Assembly (NCBI GenBank): GCA_964473825.1
Contig: CAYYQL010000001.1
Location: 255,226-319,225, forward strand
Source of the DNA: an uncultured archaeon
GTDB lineage: Archaea; Asgardarchaeota; Thorarchaeia; Thorarchaeales; Thorarchaeaceae
Length of the DNA: 64,000 bases
Reading direction: 5' to 3'
This document shows, piece by piece, positions 55,816-64,000 of the stretch. Position numbers and translations under genes: made by a program. How positions within the stretch are numbered: position 1 is the first letter of the stretch; every line of letters begins with the position of its first letter. Under the pieces are notes generated by a model. It was not told the origin of the DNA, made no database searches, and saw nothing but the letters and a program-made list of their open reading frames with translations.

Positions 55816-56960
55816 CCGTTGCGAGTCGAGATTCCTACAATGCTCATGAAGTCATGGACATGATAGGAGACATACTGAATAGATTAGGCGAAACCCTAGA
55901 AGACGGGCTGTTCCCGGAAATAGGCTATTTCGCGTCATCCAAACGAAACATCAGATATGAGAAAGGCAAGGGTTACACACCTCTGGATGAAAAGCCGTCA
56001 TTCCTTGACGGAAGAAAGGCTGAGAGTGCCAAGACGATTGCAGGCCTGGTCTATGGGCTTACGCAATTCAAAGAACACCTAGAACACGGCATGTCGATGT
56101 CCCTCCGAGACTTCTACTATGTTCATAAGGTGAAGGCAGTCCAAGAAGCACTGAACATCAAAGACCAGAATGAAACCAACAGGATGATCAACCTCTGTGA
56201 GAGAATCCTCAGAATTTCTGGCGAATCGATTCCCCGGGAGGAGTTCGGCGTAGTCAGCTCACCCAAGGGCACATTCTATGGAGATGTTACGCTGTCTGAC
56301 CTGTCAGGAAAGAGGCTGAACTGCAGTGCTGCGGGGGAATATGGCTGGTTCATCTCATCAAGACCCCATGAAGTGGTCATTCATGACATAAACATCGATG
56401 CCGCTGTCCTCGTCGAGAAGGAGGCAATGGCAAGAAACCTCATCGAACTGGGGATTGCCGAAGAACTCGATGTGGGAATAGGAGCCCTCTTCGGCCAACC
56501 GGGACGAAACATGAGAGCCTGGATTCATAAGCTTGCAGACAATGGCATTCCAATTCTGGTTCTAGTCGACATGTCGCCCTGGTCGCTCAGAATCTTCAGT
56601 ACAATCAAGAGCAACTCCATTGAACTCGCGAATATTGTCGGATTAGCAACCCCTGATGCCAAGCTTCTCGGCCTGACAACTGACGACTTCTGGTCCAAAG
56701 ATGGGATGCTGAGTGAGATAGAGCATTCGCTTGAACAGATGAGCAACTCTGACAAGAGATGTGCCAGACAGAATAAGAATATCCCGGCTATTGAACAGGA
56801 TTCCGTCTTGAAGAGAGAGAACGAGATTCTGTTGAAGAAGGGAAAGAAAGGAGAGCTTGAGGCCTTCAAGGCCTTCGGCCTTCCACTTACGGAGCTAAGA
56901 GATCTGTACAAATCATACATTACAAACAAAGCACGCATGTTTGATGTGAAACTGATATAG
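55812..56960 (+). CDS. top6A: DNA topoisomerase VI subunit A / Spo11-like (divergent)
   Basis: LRDFYY catalytic Tyr, VEKEA Toprim Glu, GQPGR, DMSPW, KGELEA; overlaps top6B by 4 bp. Confidence 0.85.
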   Translation: MTVASRDSYNAHEVMDMIGDILNRLGETLEDGLFPEIGYFASSKRNIRYEKGKGYTPLDEKPSFLDGRKAESAKTIAGLVYGLTQFKEHLEHGMSMSLRDFYYVHKVKAVQEALNIKDQNETNRMINLCERILRISGESIPREEFGVVSSPKGTFYGDVTLSDLSGKRLNCSAAGEYGWFISSRPHEVVIHDINIDAAVLVEKEAMARNLIELGIAEELDVGIGALFGQPGRNMRAWIHKLADNGIPILVLVDMSPWSLRIFSTIKSNSIELANIVGLATPDAKLLGLTTDDFWSKDGMLSEIEHSLEQMSNSDKRCARQNKNIPAIEQDSVLKRENEILLKKGKKGELEAFKAFGLPLTELRDLYKSYITNKARMFDVKLI

Positions 56961-56996
56961 GGGAGTGTTCCCAATAGGGAAAGGAGGAGATCGTCC

Positions 56997-57668
56997 ATGT
57001 CAACCCAGAAAGAACAAGTTGCAGAACAGCTAGAGACACTGAAGTCAACCTTTGATGAGTTGATCACGAAATCTGAAGAACTAGAAGAAGAGGCAGAAGA
57101 GCTTCGCAAGACCCGCAGAGAAACAGAAGAAAAAGCATGGGCTGCTGAAGAGAAGCTGGAGCAGTTGACGAAAGAAGCTGAGGAAACTGAAGCGGAACTC
57201 GGTAAAGCAAGAGATAGAATCGAGGAACTGGAAACACAGTTCAAAGAAACAAAAGATCGGGCAGACCAACTTGAATCGTCAATGGAGGAGGCCGTTGGAG
57301 ATCTCAGGAAGGAGAGAGATGAACTCAAACATGAAATGGACGAGATAAACCAACAGCTGAATCGTGTGTCGGAATTGTACCGTGAAACCGCAGCCGAGAA
57401 AGAGAAGCTTGAGGAGAAGGTTGATGTTTCAGACCTGCTTGCAATATACATCACACTGATTGAGACAGTCTTTGCTGGCAAGCCACATGCCCGGGTATTG
57501 TACATGCTTCACGACACGGGAGCTGCCATCACCAGAAAACATATTGAGGCAAGCACCGGCATCATGCCCACACACGTCATAAAGGCCATACACGACCTCA
57601 GGAATGCGGATCTCGTTTCGTATGACGAACAGACTCAAGAGGTCGAGCTCATTCGAAACATCCTGTAG
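56997..57668 (+). CDS. Long coiled-coil protein with a C-terminal winged helix
   Basis: About 140 aa of uninterrupted heptads, then RVLYMLH..ITRKHIEASTGI...AIHDL..ADLVSYD. Confidence 0.75.
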   Translation: MSTQKEQVAEQLETLKSTFDELITKSEELEEEAEELRKTRRETEEKAWAAEEKLEQLTKEAEETEAELGKARDRIEELETQFKETKDRADQLESSMEEAVGDLRKERDELKHEMDEINQQLNRVSELYRETAAEKEKLEEKVDVSDLLAIYITLIETVFAGKPHARVLYMLHDTGAAITRKHIEASTGIMPTHVIKAIHDLRNADLVSYDEQTQEVELIRNIL

Positions 57669-57712
57669 AAATAGGTCACTAATCACCAGAAGCCAACACA
57701 GAGAGGAGTATT

Positions 57713-58717
57713 TTGGGCTACAAAGTGAAATACCCACAACAACTTAGAAAGCATATGCAGAAGTACAATCTGCATCAGAAATTTCGGTCAATCACGGATC
57801 TATTCGGAAACGATGCACAGGACGTTATAGACTGGGCGGTCGACGAGGCAGAGAGACGAATCGGAGAAGGTGAGCTCCCCGAGAACTACAGCCTGGGAAA
57901 GGCAATCTATGAACTCGTTGGAACAGAAGCTGCAATACGTTTGGTGCAAGACAACCATGCTCGGGGACGGTTGACGACTAAGAGCGAGGTGAAGAGGAAG
58001 ACCGGAAGAAACCCAGAGATGCCCGTGCTCTTTCGTCAGGCAGGTCTTCGACACCCGCAGGAGGCCAGGAATCTACGACATAATATGTTTCATTGCTCCT
58101 TCGAAGCCTTGGTCAACAAGCTCTTCTCGAATGTGGATACAGATGTGCCGAGCACAGGTAATGGTTTAACGCCTGACCTCATAATAACTTCTAGGAACCC
58201 CGGATGGCAAATCTCGGTGGAGTACAAAGGATACCGTTCACTGACATTGCTTAGCGAGTCCGAGATTCTCAAGGGCATGAGATACCAAGCGGAATACGGA
58301 ACGGCCTGGCTTGTCACGAGTACTTCAAAGACCGTAAAGGACCTCTATGACGGAGTGATTACAGCTGAAGAACTGATAGAGAGAGGGATTCCCCGACTCA
58401 GGAGGATTGGAAGGAGAAGGGCGTACACCAATGAACAGAAGGAGAATCGCGGTATCTCCAGAAAGGGTATCTCCCATCTAGAGAAGCATAAGGGAGAGAA
58501 GCTGAGTTGTAGACTCCTGTCAGCAGATGAAATAGTTGATTCATGCCAGAACGGAAGGCCGAAAGAGGGGCTGGCAATAACCAATGGCATGGAATATGTC
58601 GACCTTCTTCGGAAGAATGGTCTCCACCAACACGCTGACAATGTTCTTCAGATAATGAAGAGTCCAGCAGACCTTCTACACAGTGATACCATAACTTCTG
58701 TCAGGCTCATCGAATAG
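57713..58717 (+). CDS. PD-(D/E)xK nuclease-fold protein
   Basis: FE.LV..LF, TPDLII, ISVEYKG, Y..AWLVT. Confidence 0.65.
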   Translation: MGYKVKYPQQLRKHMQKYNLHQKFRSITDLFGNDAQDVIDWAVDEAERRIGEGELPENYSLGKAIYELVGTEAAIRLVQDNHARGRLTTKSEVKRKTGRNPEMPVLFRQAGLRHPQEARNLRHNMFHCSFEALVNKLFSNVDTDVPSTGNGLTPDLIITSRNPGWQISVEYKGYRSLTLLSESEILKGMRYQAEYGTAWLVTSTSKTVKDLYDGVITAEELIERGIPRLRRIGRRRAYTNEQKENRGISRKGISHLEKHKGEKLSCRLLSADEIVDSCQNGRPKEGLAITNGMEYVDLLRKNGLHQHADNVLQIMKSPADLLHSDTITSVRLIE

Positions 58718-58837
58718 CTTAGCAGTTCTTCCCGAGAGAGAAAGACCAGCTCCTAACCTTTATGTGCTGAGAGTTTATTAGAGATGGTTGCCGTTTGAGA
58801 ACGATTCTCCGGCAGTGAAGAACACGAGGTGTAAGAC

Positions 58838-59230
58838 TTGCACAGACAGAGCGCAGTTGATGTTACTGAACTGATAAAGGAACTACTGAAAGATCTCTCC
58901 ATCAACTCGCCAATACTCGGTTCCGCCATATTCTCCGTTGAAGGTCTTCCCTTTGTCAGCTACTTCCACACGGGAATGGAAGATGTTGGCATCGCAGCCA
59001 TGGTAGCAAGCGTCTACTCTGCCGGCGAGCAGACGGTCCGGGAGCTTCGGCAGGGTAATCTGGAGTCAATCATAATCCAGGGAACGCTAGGAACAACTCT
59101 GGTAGTTTCTGTCACAGAAGACTACTTGCTTACAGTGACTGCTCCAGAGAATGCAACTCTTGGTCTGATATTCAATGATGCGAAACGTGCAGCCAGAGAG
59201 GCAGCCAGACTTCTTCAAGAACTCATATGA
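58838..59230 (+). CDS. Roadblock/LC7 domain protein
   Basis: SAIFSVEGLP, IAAMVAS, GNLESIIIQGTLG, LGLIF. Confidence 0.9.
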   Translation: MHRQSAVDVTELIKELLKDLSINSPILGSAIFSVEGLPFVSYFHTGMEDVGIAAMVASVYSAGEQTVRELRQGNLESIIIQGTLGTTLVVSVTEDYLLTVTAPENATLGLIFNDAKRAAREAARLLQELI

Positions 59231-59240
59231 GTCAAGCATA

Positions 59241-60062
59241 ATGGACAAGGACTATCCCTATGAACTGCATCCATGCTGGGCCAGCGAGAGAGAGGGCCTT
59301 TGGGAACGAATACACGTGCCGGTAGCAGCAGGATGTAATGTGCAATGCGGTTTCTGTGAGAACTCGCGTGATGGTTGTAACGCCTTACAGCCAGCTTATT
59401 CAAACAGAGTCATCTCTGTAGCTGAGGCGGTAGAGATAATCACACGCGAGTTGGGAAGTCGGTCGAATCTAGGGATTGTGGCCGTTTCAGGTCCAGGCGA
59501 ACCACTTCTGAATGGAAGAGCACTCGAGGTCTTCAAGCAGATTCGGAGAACACGAAAAGATATCGAGTTCTGCCTGAGCACGAATGGCACCCTCCTTGCT
59601 GAATGCAGCAAGAAGCTTGCCAAACTTGGAACAAGAACCATCACTGTTTCTATGAGTACATCTCTCCCAGAAACGGCGGCAAAGATCTATGACTGGGCAG
59701 TACTGGATGGAAAACGCCTTGAGGGCCTCAAGATGGCGAGAGCAATAATAGAAAGACAGCTTCAAGGCATTGATGCAGCAGTTGATGAGGGCATGCTAAT
59801 CAAAGTGAATACCGTTCTCATCCCGGGTGTCAATGACAGAGATGTCTGTACACTTGCCGAATCTCTCTCTGACCACGATGTCTCATTGCAGAACATAATC
59901 CCCCTGATCCCTCTTGGACGCATGAAGACACGCAGAGCACCGACTCATGCCGAAGTGGAAGCGGCTCGTCTTCAGGCCTCAGACTGGCTCCCTCAGTTCT
60001 CTAACTGCAAGCTATGCAGAAGCGACGTTGTGGGGATTCCCGGCTGCGATACCCCAATCTAG
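59241..60062 (+). CDS. NifB-like standalone radical SAM protein
   Basis: HPC, RIHVPVA..CNVQCGFC, SGPGEPL, STNG, KVNTVLIPGVND, CKLCRSDVVG. Confidence 0.8.
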   Translation: MDKDYPYELHPCWASEREGLWERIHVPVAAGCNVQCGFCENSRDGCNALQPAYSNRVISVAEAVEIITRELGSRSNLGIVAVSGPGEPLLNGRALEVFKQIRRTRKDIEFCLSTNGTLLAECSKKLAKLGTRTITVSMSTSLPETAAKIYDWAVLDGKRLEGLKMARAIIERQLQGIDAAVDEGMLIKVNTVLIPGVNDRDVCTLAESLSDHDVSLQNIIPLIPLGRMKTRRAPTHAEVEAARLQASDWLPQFSNCKLCRSDVVGIPGCDTPI

Positions 60063-60901
60063 AGAGTGCCTTTCAGACACAGACAACCCTCTTCCACAAG
60101 TTTGTTTATCAAGAACCAAATCGCGTTGCGGTCAAAACCGAAAGGTGCGTCTTCAAGCTTGGCAATAACAGACTCGATGGAATCCTTGCCATCCATAGCC
60201 TCGAGAAGATCATCGACTGGGGCGCCATATTGCTGACGCAGACGTATCATGTTAGAACCTGAACAATCTCTTTGTTCCAAGATGTCGCTGGGTCTGAGCC
60301 GCCGCCGGAAATCAATCCATTTGTATTTCTTCAATAGAGAGATGAGGGCGATAACTTCTTCGTCAGGTAGGTCAATTAGCCCAAGAATCTCAGCGATGTT
60401 TCTCTTTCCGTTGATGTAGTTCTCAAGAGTCTCAAGCTTTCTGTCAACAATACCGACACGGTAAGGGAAGTCGACGCCGTTCCTTCTCCTAAAGGGTACC
60501 AACTCCATGTCAGGGATGGAGAAGGGGAATTCCATAATGACACTCAATGCAAAGTCCCGGAACTTCCGAACGTCGCCCTCAAACCTACGAAGACTCTCCC
60601 CGTGTTCAACTTCTACGCGTTCAAGGATTGCCCGAAGCTTCTTCCTGTATGGCTCCTCGTTCGGGACTGGGTCGACGACAAGCAGAACCAACACAGTCTC
60701 GCCGACTTCAATCAGGATATCGTAGGCAGCCTTGCGAATGGTTCTAATCGGCGTCTTGGCAAAAATAATCACGGCAGTAACAAAACCGGCGATGAGATCG
60801 GGGTCAACAGTGAGCTCTGCATATGGAATGTTAAGAATGGATTCGCCGCCTTCCAGTCGGATCAGCGAGATATATCGGACATTGGAAAGGTCGTAGCCCA
60901 T
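60059..60901 (-). CDS. Longin + tandem winged-helix protein (NPRL2-like), paralog 2
   Basis: DPDLIAGFVTAV longin helix, FEGDVRKF, YINGKRNIAEI, MDGKDSIESV. Confidence 0.7.
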   Translation of the reverse strand: MGYDLSNVRYISLIRLEGGESILNIPYAELTVDPDLIAGFVTAVIIFAKTPIRTIRKAAYDILIEVGETVLVLLVVDPVPNEEPYRKKLRAILERVEVEHGESLRRFEGDVRKFRDFALSVIMEFPFSIPDMELVPFRRRNGVDFPYRVGIVDRKLETLENYINGKRNIAEILGLIDLPDEEVIALISLLKKYKWIDFRRRLRPSDILEQRDCSGSNMIRLRQQYGAPVDDLLEAMDGKDSIESVIAKLEDAPFGFDRNAIWFLINKLVEEGCLCLKGTL

Positions 60902-60960
60902 TGTATCAAATCCCCTCCTCAGATGCTTCTCCTACATCCAGACTCCTTCTCATGATTGAC

Positions 60961-61803
60961 CTACTCCTCATAGCCCAACACCCCTGCCTCAATCAAATTC
61001 CGTGCTACAGTTCGTACAACCTCAAGACTATATGGAACCTCTTCGACGACTTGAATCAGAGACCTTGACCCATCACAGAGTTCAACCAGCTGGACAAGCT
61101 CCTCACCATACACACCTAAGAGGAACTGAGGAGGATCGCTCAATTTCCTCAAGACCGTATCAGCCTCAAGGGGTCGGCTCAAAGAAATCCAGTTGTACTT
61201 AATCAGCATCGAGAATATAGCCATAATCTCATCTTCTGAGAGGCCAGATGCATCTTCTATCTCTAGGATACTCCTCTTGCCGTTCACATAACTGAGAATC
61301 ATCTGCAGTTTCTCGTCTGTTTCTCCGACACTCCAAGGAATTCTCTGCTGTCGGTCGGGAACGGCTTCAGATTTGTGTATAACTCGTGGCACCAGACTAG
61401 AGTCAAATCTCTGGTATGGGAAGAACCCAAGAATGTCGAGAGCAAACTCTCGAAACGGACGAATGTCGCCATCCCATCGTTCGAGTTGTTTCGAATATCT
61501 CCGTTCGAACTCTGCTATCACCTCTTTGAGAGTATCACGATAAGGAGTATCGTCGTCAACCAAATCAACGATGAGCAGTCCTACAACATGATTGCCCTCT
61601 TCTATGACAACGACATACCCCTCCTTTTGGAATGTCTTGAGTTGACGGTTCTCGAAAATCACCACAGCCAAGACAAAGCTTGCCACCAAGTCCGGGTCCA
61701 CTCGCATCTCTCTGTATGGTATCCCCAATATTGGCTCACCACCCTCTCTTCGAACGAGAGAGATATATCGGACCTTTTCTTCGTCGATGGCGATTGAGTT
61801 CAT
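60961..61803 (-). CDS. Longin + tandem winged-helix protein (NPRL2-like), paralog 1
   Basis: DPDLVASFVLAV, WDGDIRPF, ILSYVNGKRSILEI, CDGSRSLIQV. Confidence 0.7.
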   Translation of the reverse strand: MNSIAIDEEKVRYISLVRREGGEPILGIPYREMRVDPDLVASFVLAVVIFENRQLKTFQKEGYVVVIEEGNHVVGLLIVDLVDDDTPYRDTLKEVIAEFERRYSKQLERWDGDIRPFREFALDILGFFPYQRFDSSLVPRVIHKSEAVPDRQQRIPWSVGETDEKLQMILSYVNGKRSILEIEDASGLSEDEIMAIFSMLIKYNWISLSRPLEADTVLRKLSDPPQFLLGVYGEELVQLVELCDGSRSLIQVVEEVPYSLEVVRTVARNLIEAGVLGYEE

Positions 61804-61925
61804 CTCATCCAGCCTATTACATACTAGAATAATAAGCTAAGGGTGCTAAACACCCTCTCACCGAGTCAAACTTTGAGTAATGCCTCTCTTGTCTCGCAGT
61901 CATAGAAGCTGTCTTGTTGCCTCTA

Positions 61926-62846
61926 TCAGAAGTGTTCGAGCAGACTTGACTGAGAAACATAGTTGACCTCACTCTCCTCATCTATAGTGTACCCAACCAG
62001 TCTCTTCAGGTTGATCGCAGTTATAATCCTGCCAGTTTCAACAAGAAGAAGTGGTCCTTTCATCCCCAGAATCTCACCAAGAACCTGTTGCCCATGGAGT
62101 CCACGACGCTGCGCTGGCCAGACGTTGGGAACTGTATCTACATGGGGAAGCCCATAGTAGGAATCCAGTGATTGAAGTCTAGGTTCTTGCAGCTGTAGAC
62201 CGGACTTGCCAAATGCTTCAGAGAACGCATTACTGTCACAGACAAACTGAACCATCTTCTTAGCCTCAGCAAGTGAGATAGAGTGAGTTAGGGCATCGAC
62301 TTTACGGCCGAATCTGACGGACTTGGTGACATATGCATGTTGTGAGAGCAGCCGTTCGAGGGCCCTGGCCCTCTTCCCATCCCGCACCTCTGCCAATACT
62401 GCACCAACATCCGCCCCCTGCTCCAACCAACGTATCATTAATCGCCCTCGGACAGAGACCCCAACCTTCAGGGTTCCGTCACCGAACACTGTGCCATAGA
62501 CAGAGTAATCGGCATCTCTGCATTGATCCCTGCGCTCCGGTGAAGCCCTGCAGATACTACCGTCGCAAAAAACGCACTCGTCATAGAAATCCATTGCTGA
62601 GCACGGTCCACATCGTTTCTGACCGCTCCTCACAAGAGAACGTTCAGGACATCGCTGGCGCCGTCCTTGGCTATCTCTATAGCCGATGCACCGGCGAGGA
62701 CCCAAAAGTGTCCAGGTGATCTTGGTTCCCCGGTTTAGAAGTTTCGTTGCACGGTCCTCTTCTTCGTCGCTCCAAACCTGAATTCCATGCTTGTATAGCT
62801 GATCATCAACGTGCAACCATCTGATGCCCAGAACGTGCATGAGCAA
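61926..62846 (-). CDS. DUF2797 domain protein
   Basis: RRCIG, Cys clusters, LKVGVS, RWLEQGA, GMKG. Confidence 0.75.
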   Translation of the reverse strand: MLMHVLGIRWLHVDDQLYKHGIQVWSDEEEDRATKLLNRGTKITWTLLGPRRCIGYRDSQGRRQRCPERSLVRSGQKRCGPCSAMDFYDECVFCDGSICRASPERRDQCRDADYSVYGTVFGDGTLKVGVSVRGRLMIRWLEQGADVGAVLAEVRDGKRARALERLLSQHAYVTKSVRFGRKVDALTHSISLAEAKKMVQFVCDSNAFSEAFGKSGLQLQEPRLQSLDSYYGLPHVDTVPNVWPAQRRGLHGQQVLGEILGMKGPLLLVETGRIITAINLKRLVGYTIDEESEVNYVSQSSLLEHF

Positions 62847-62851
62847 TCTCC

Positions 62852-63898
62852 TCAGAGGAACGGCCTGCTACTTGCACCACGTTTCATCCACTGCACCCCG
62901 GCTATGTTCAAGTCATGTCCGCAATTCGGACACTTGCCATTCTCATCGAGGTTGTTGCTCTTCAAGTAGACAGAATACCTTTCTACAGCCTTGTATCCAC
63001 AGTCTGGGCAGTACGTGTTCTCACCATCATGACCGGGAACATTTCCGGAGTAGACAAACTCAAGTCCCGCAGCCTTTGCTACCTTCATGTGTTTCTCTAG
63101 AGTGGATGGGCTTGTCCTAGGCAAATCAGTCATCTGATAGGTAGGCCCAAATGCAGTCAGATGGAGCGGAGTCAGGCTTCCGAGGTTGCCAACAATCCAC
63201 TTGGAGAGCTCACGTGTGTCATCCTCAAAATCCCCGAGCTCCGGGATGATGAGATTAGTGAGTTCTATGAAGATATCCTCTTCCTTGAACTTCTTCAATG
63301 CCGTGAAAATTGGTTTCGTGCTTGGTACGTCCATATATTCCCTGTAGAAGTCCTTGTTTCCGCTACCCTTGAAGTCAACTGTTACAGCGTCAAGATACGG
63401 TGCAATGTACTCTATGGCTTCTGGTGTCTCATAGCCATTGGTGACGAATGTGTTATACATTCCCTCCGAGTGAGCTATCTCTGCTGTATCATGCGCAAGC
63501 TCCATGAAGATGGTGGGTTCAGTGTAAGTGTAACTGATTCCTTGACAGTCGTACTTCTTCGCAAGAGACACAACGTCGTTTGGACTCATCTTCCTTCCAG
63601 TAGGTTCTTCCCGCTGAGATGAGTGGTAATTCAGACAGAACTTACAGTGGAAGTTGCAACACGAAGTGCTAATTGAGAACGTGTGTGAGCCAGGGGCGAA
63701 GTGAAACATCGGCTTCTTCTCGATTGGGTCTGGTGCCATGCCATCAATCAACCCGTAGACTTTCGTGTACAGCTCGCCTTCATTCACAACCCGTACTCTG
63801 CAGTAGCCTATCTCGCCCTCGCCTAGGACACAGTGCCTCGCACAGAGATCGCACCGTATCCGGTCCTTTATCTTGGTGTATAGCTCCGCTCGCTTCAT
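62852..63898 (-). CDS. amrS: AmmeMemoRadiSam system radical SAM enzyme
   Basis: CDLCARHC, DPIEKKP, CNFHCKFC, YTYTEP, ENTYCPDCG; probable ATG at 63898. Confidence 0.92.
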   Translation of the reverse strand: MKRAELYTKIKDRIRCDLCARHCVLGEGEIGYCRVRVVNEGELYTKVYGLIDGMAPDPIEKKPMFHFAPGSHTFSISTSCCNFHCKFCLNYHSSQREEPTGRKMSPNDVVSLAKKYDCQGISYTYTEPTIFMELAHDTAEIAHSEGMYNTFVTNGYETPEAIEYIAPYLDAVTVDFKGSGNKDFYREYMDVPSTKPIFTALKKFKEEDIFIELTNLIIPELGDFEDDTRELSKWIVGNLGSLTPLHLTAFGPTYQMTDLPRTSPSTLEKHMKVAKAAGLEFVYSGNVPGHDGENTYCPDCGYKAVERYSVYLKSNNLDENGKCPNCGHDLNIAGVQWMKRGASSRPFL

Positions 63899-64000
63899 CC
63901 TGACTCCCCATTCCCGACCATTCTTATTCGTGTTTTGGTGTCCGAGGCTCTGTCCAATAATACAAGAATTCAGAGGCGGATTGACCACATCGTCTGATTC

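Noticed and set aside
18553-58717. Methyltransferase and PD-(D/E)xK nuclease as a restriction-modification pair
   Set aside because: They are 37 kb apart in unrelated gene contexts
59241-60062. Evidence for nitrogen fixation
   Set aside because: NifB fingerprint is incomplete and no nifHDK/EN genes are in the window
30126-63898. amrB and amrS as a novel system
   Set aside because: Known AmmeMemoRadiSam components that are commonly unlinked in archaea
1-64000. Selenocysteine or pyrrolysine read-through, tRNA/rRNA genes, CRISPR arrays
   Set aside because: No split conserved ORFs at UGA/UAG, no cloverleaf and no regularly spaced repeats seen by eye; a tRNAscan/Infernal run would be needed to exclude these fully

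Overview
Gene-dense archaeal chromosome segment with about 55 CDSs and no rRNA, tRNA or CRISPR array recognised. The gene content points to an Asgard archaeon, most likely Thorarchaeota; this is inference from ProGel-like and 1DGelX-like gelsolins, roadblock and longin proteins, archaeal MAT, thermosome, CDC48 and topoisomerase VI. Housekeeping genes include trpS, hisS, mat, rpoK, thermosome, cdc48, top6A/B, AK6, ard1 and thiR-thiBPQ. Six features stand out. (1) A candidate actin/membrane cluster at 39.9-46.1 kb: 1DGelX-like gelsolin plus roadblock, a SNAP-like solenoid-Ig-coiled-coil protein, a ProGel-like gelsolin, a 2-TM protein with a Pro7 tail, and a V4R-like protein. (2) A tandem pair of longin + 2x winged-helix proteins resembling GATOR1 NPRL2/NPRL3. 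(3) A top6B-top6A (DxD changed to DxS) operon continuing into a coiled-coil-wHTH protein and a PD-(D/E)xK nuclease. (4) A C1orf109/CINP-like helical protein. (5) An HhH-fused RNA polymerase subunit K. (6) Two copies of a 140-bp IS903-like MITE with 9-bp target duplications. All family calls are from motif recognition by eye; no database searches were run.
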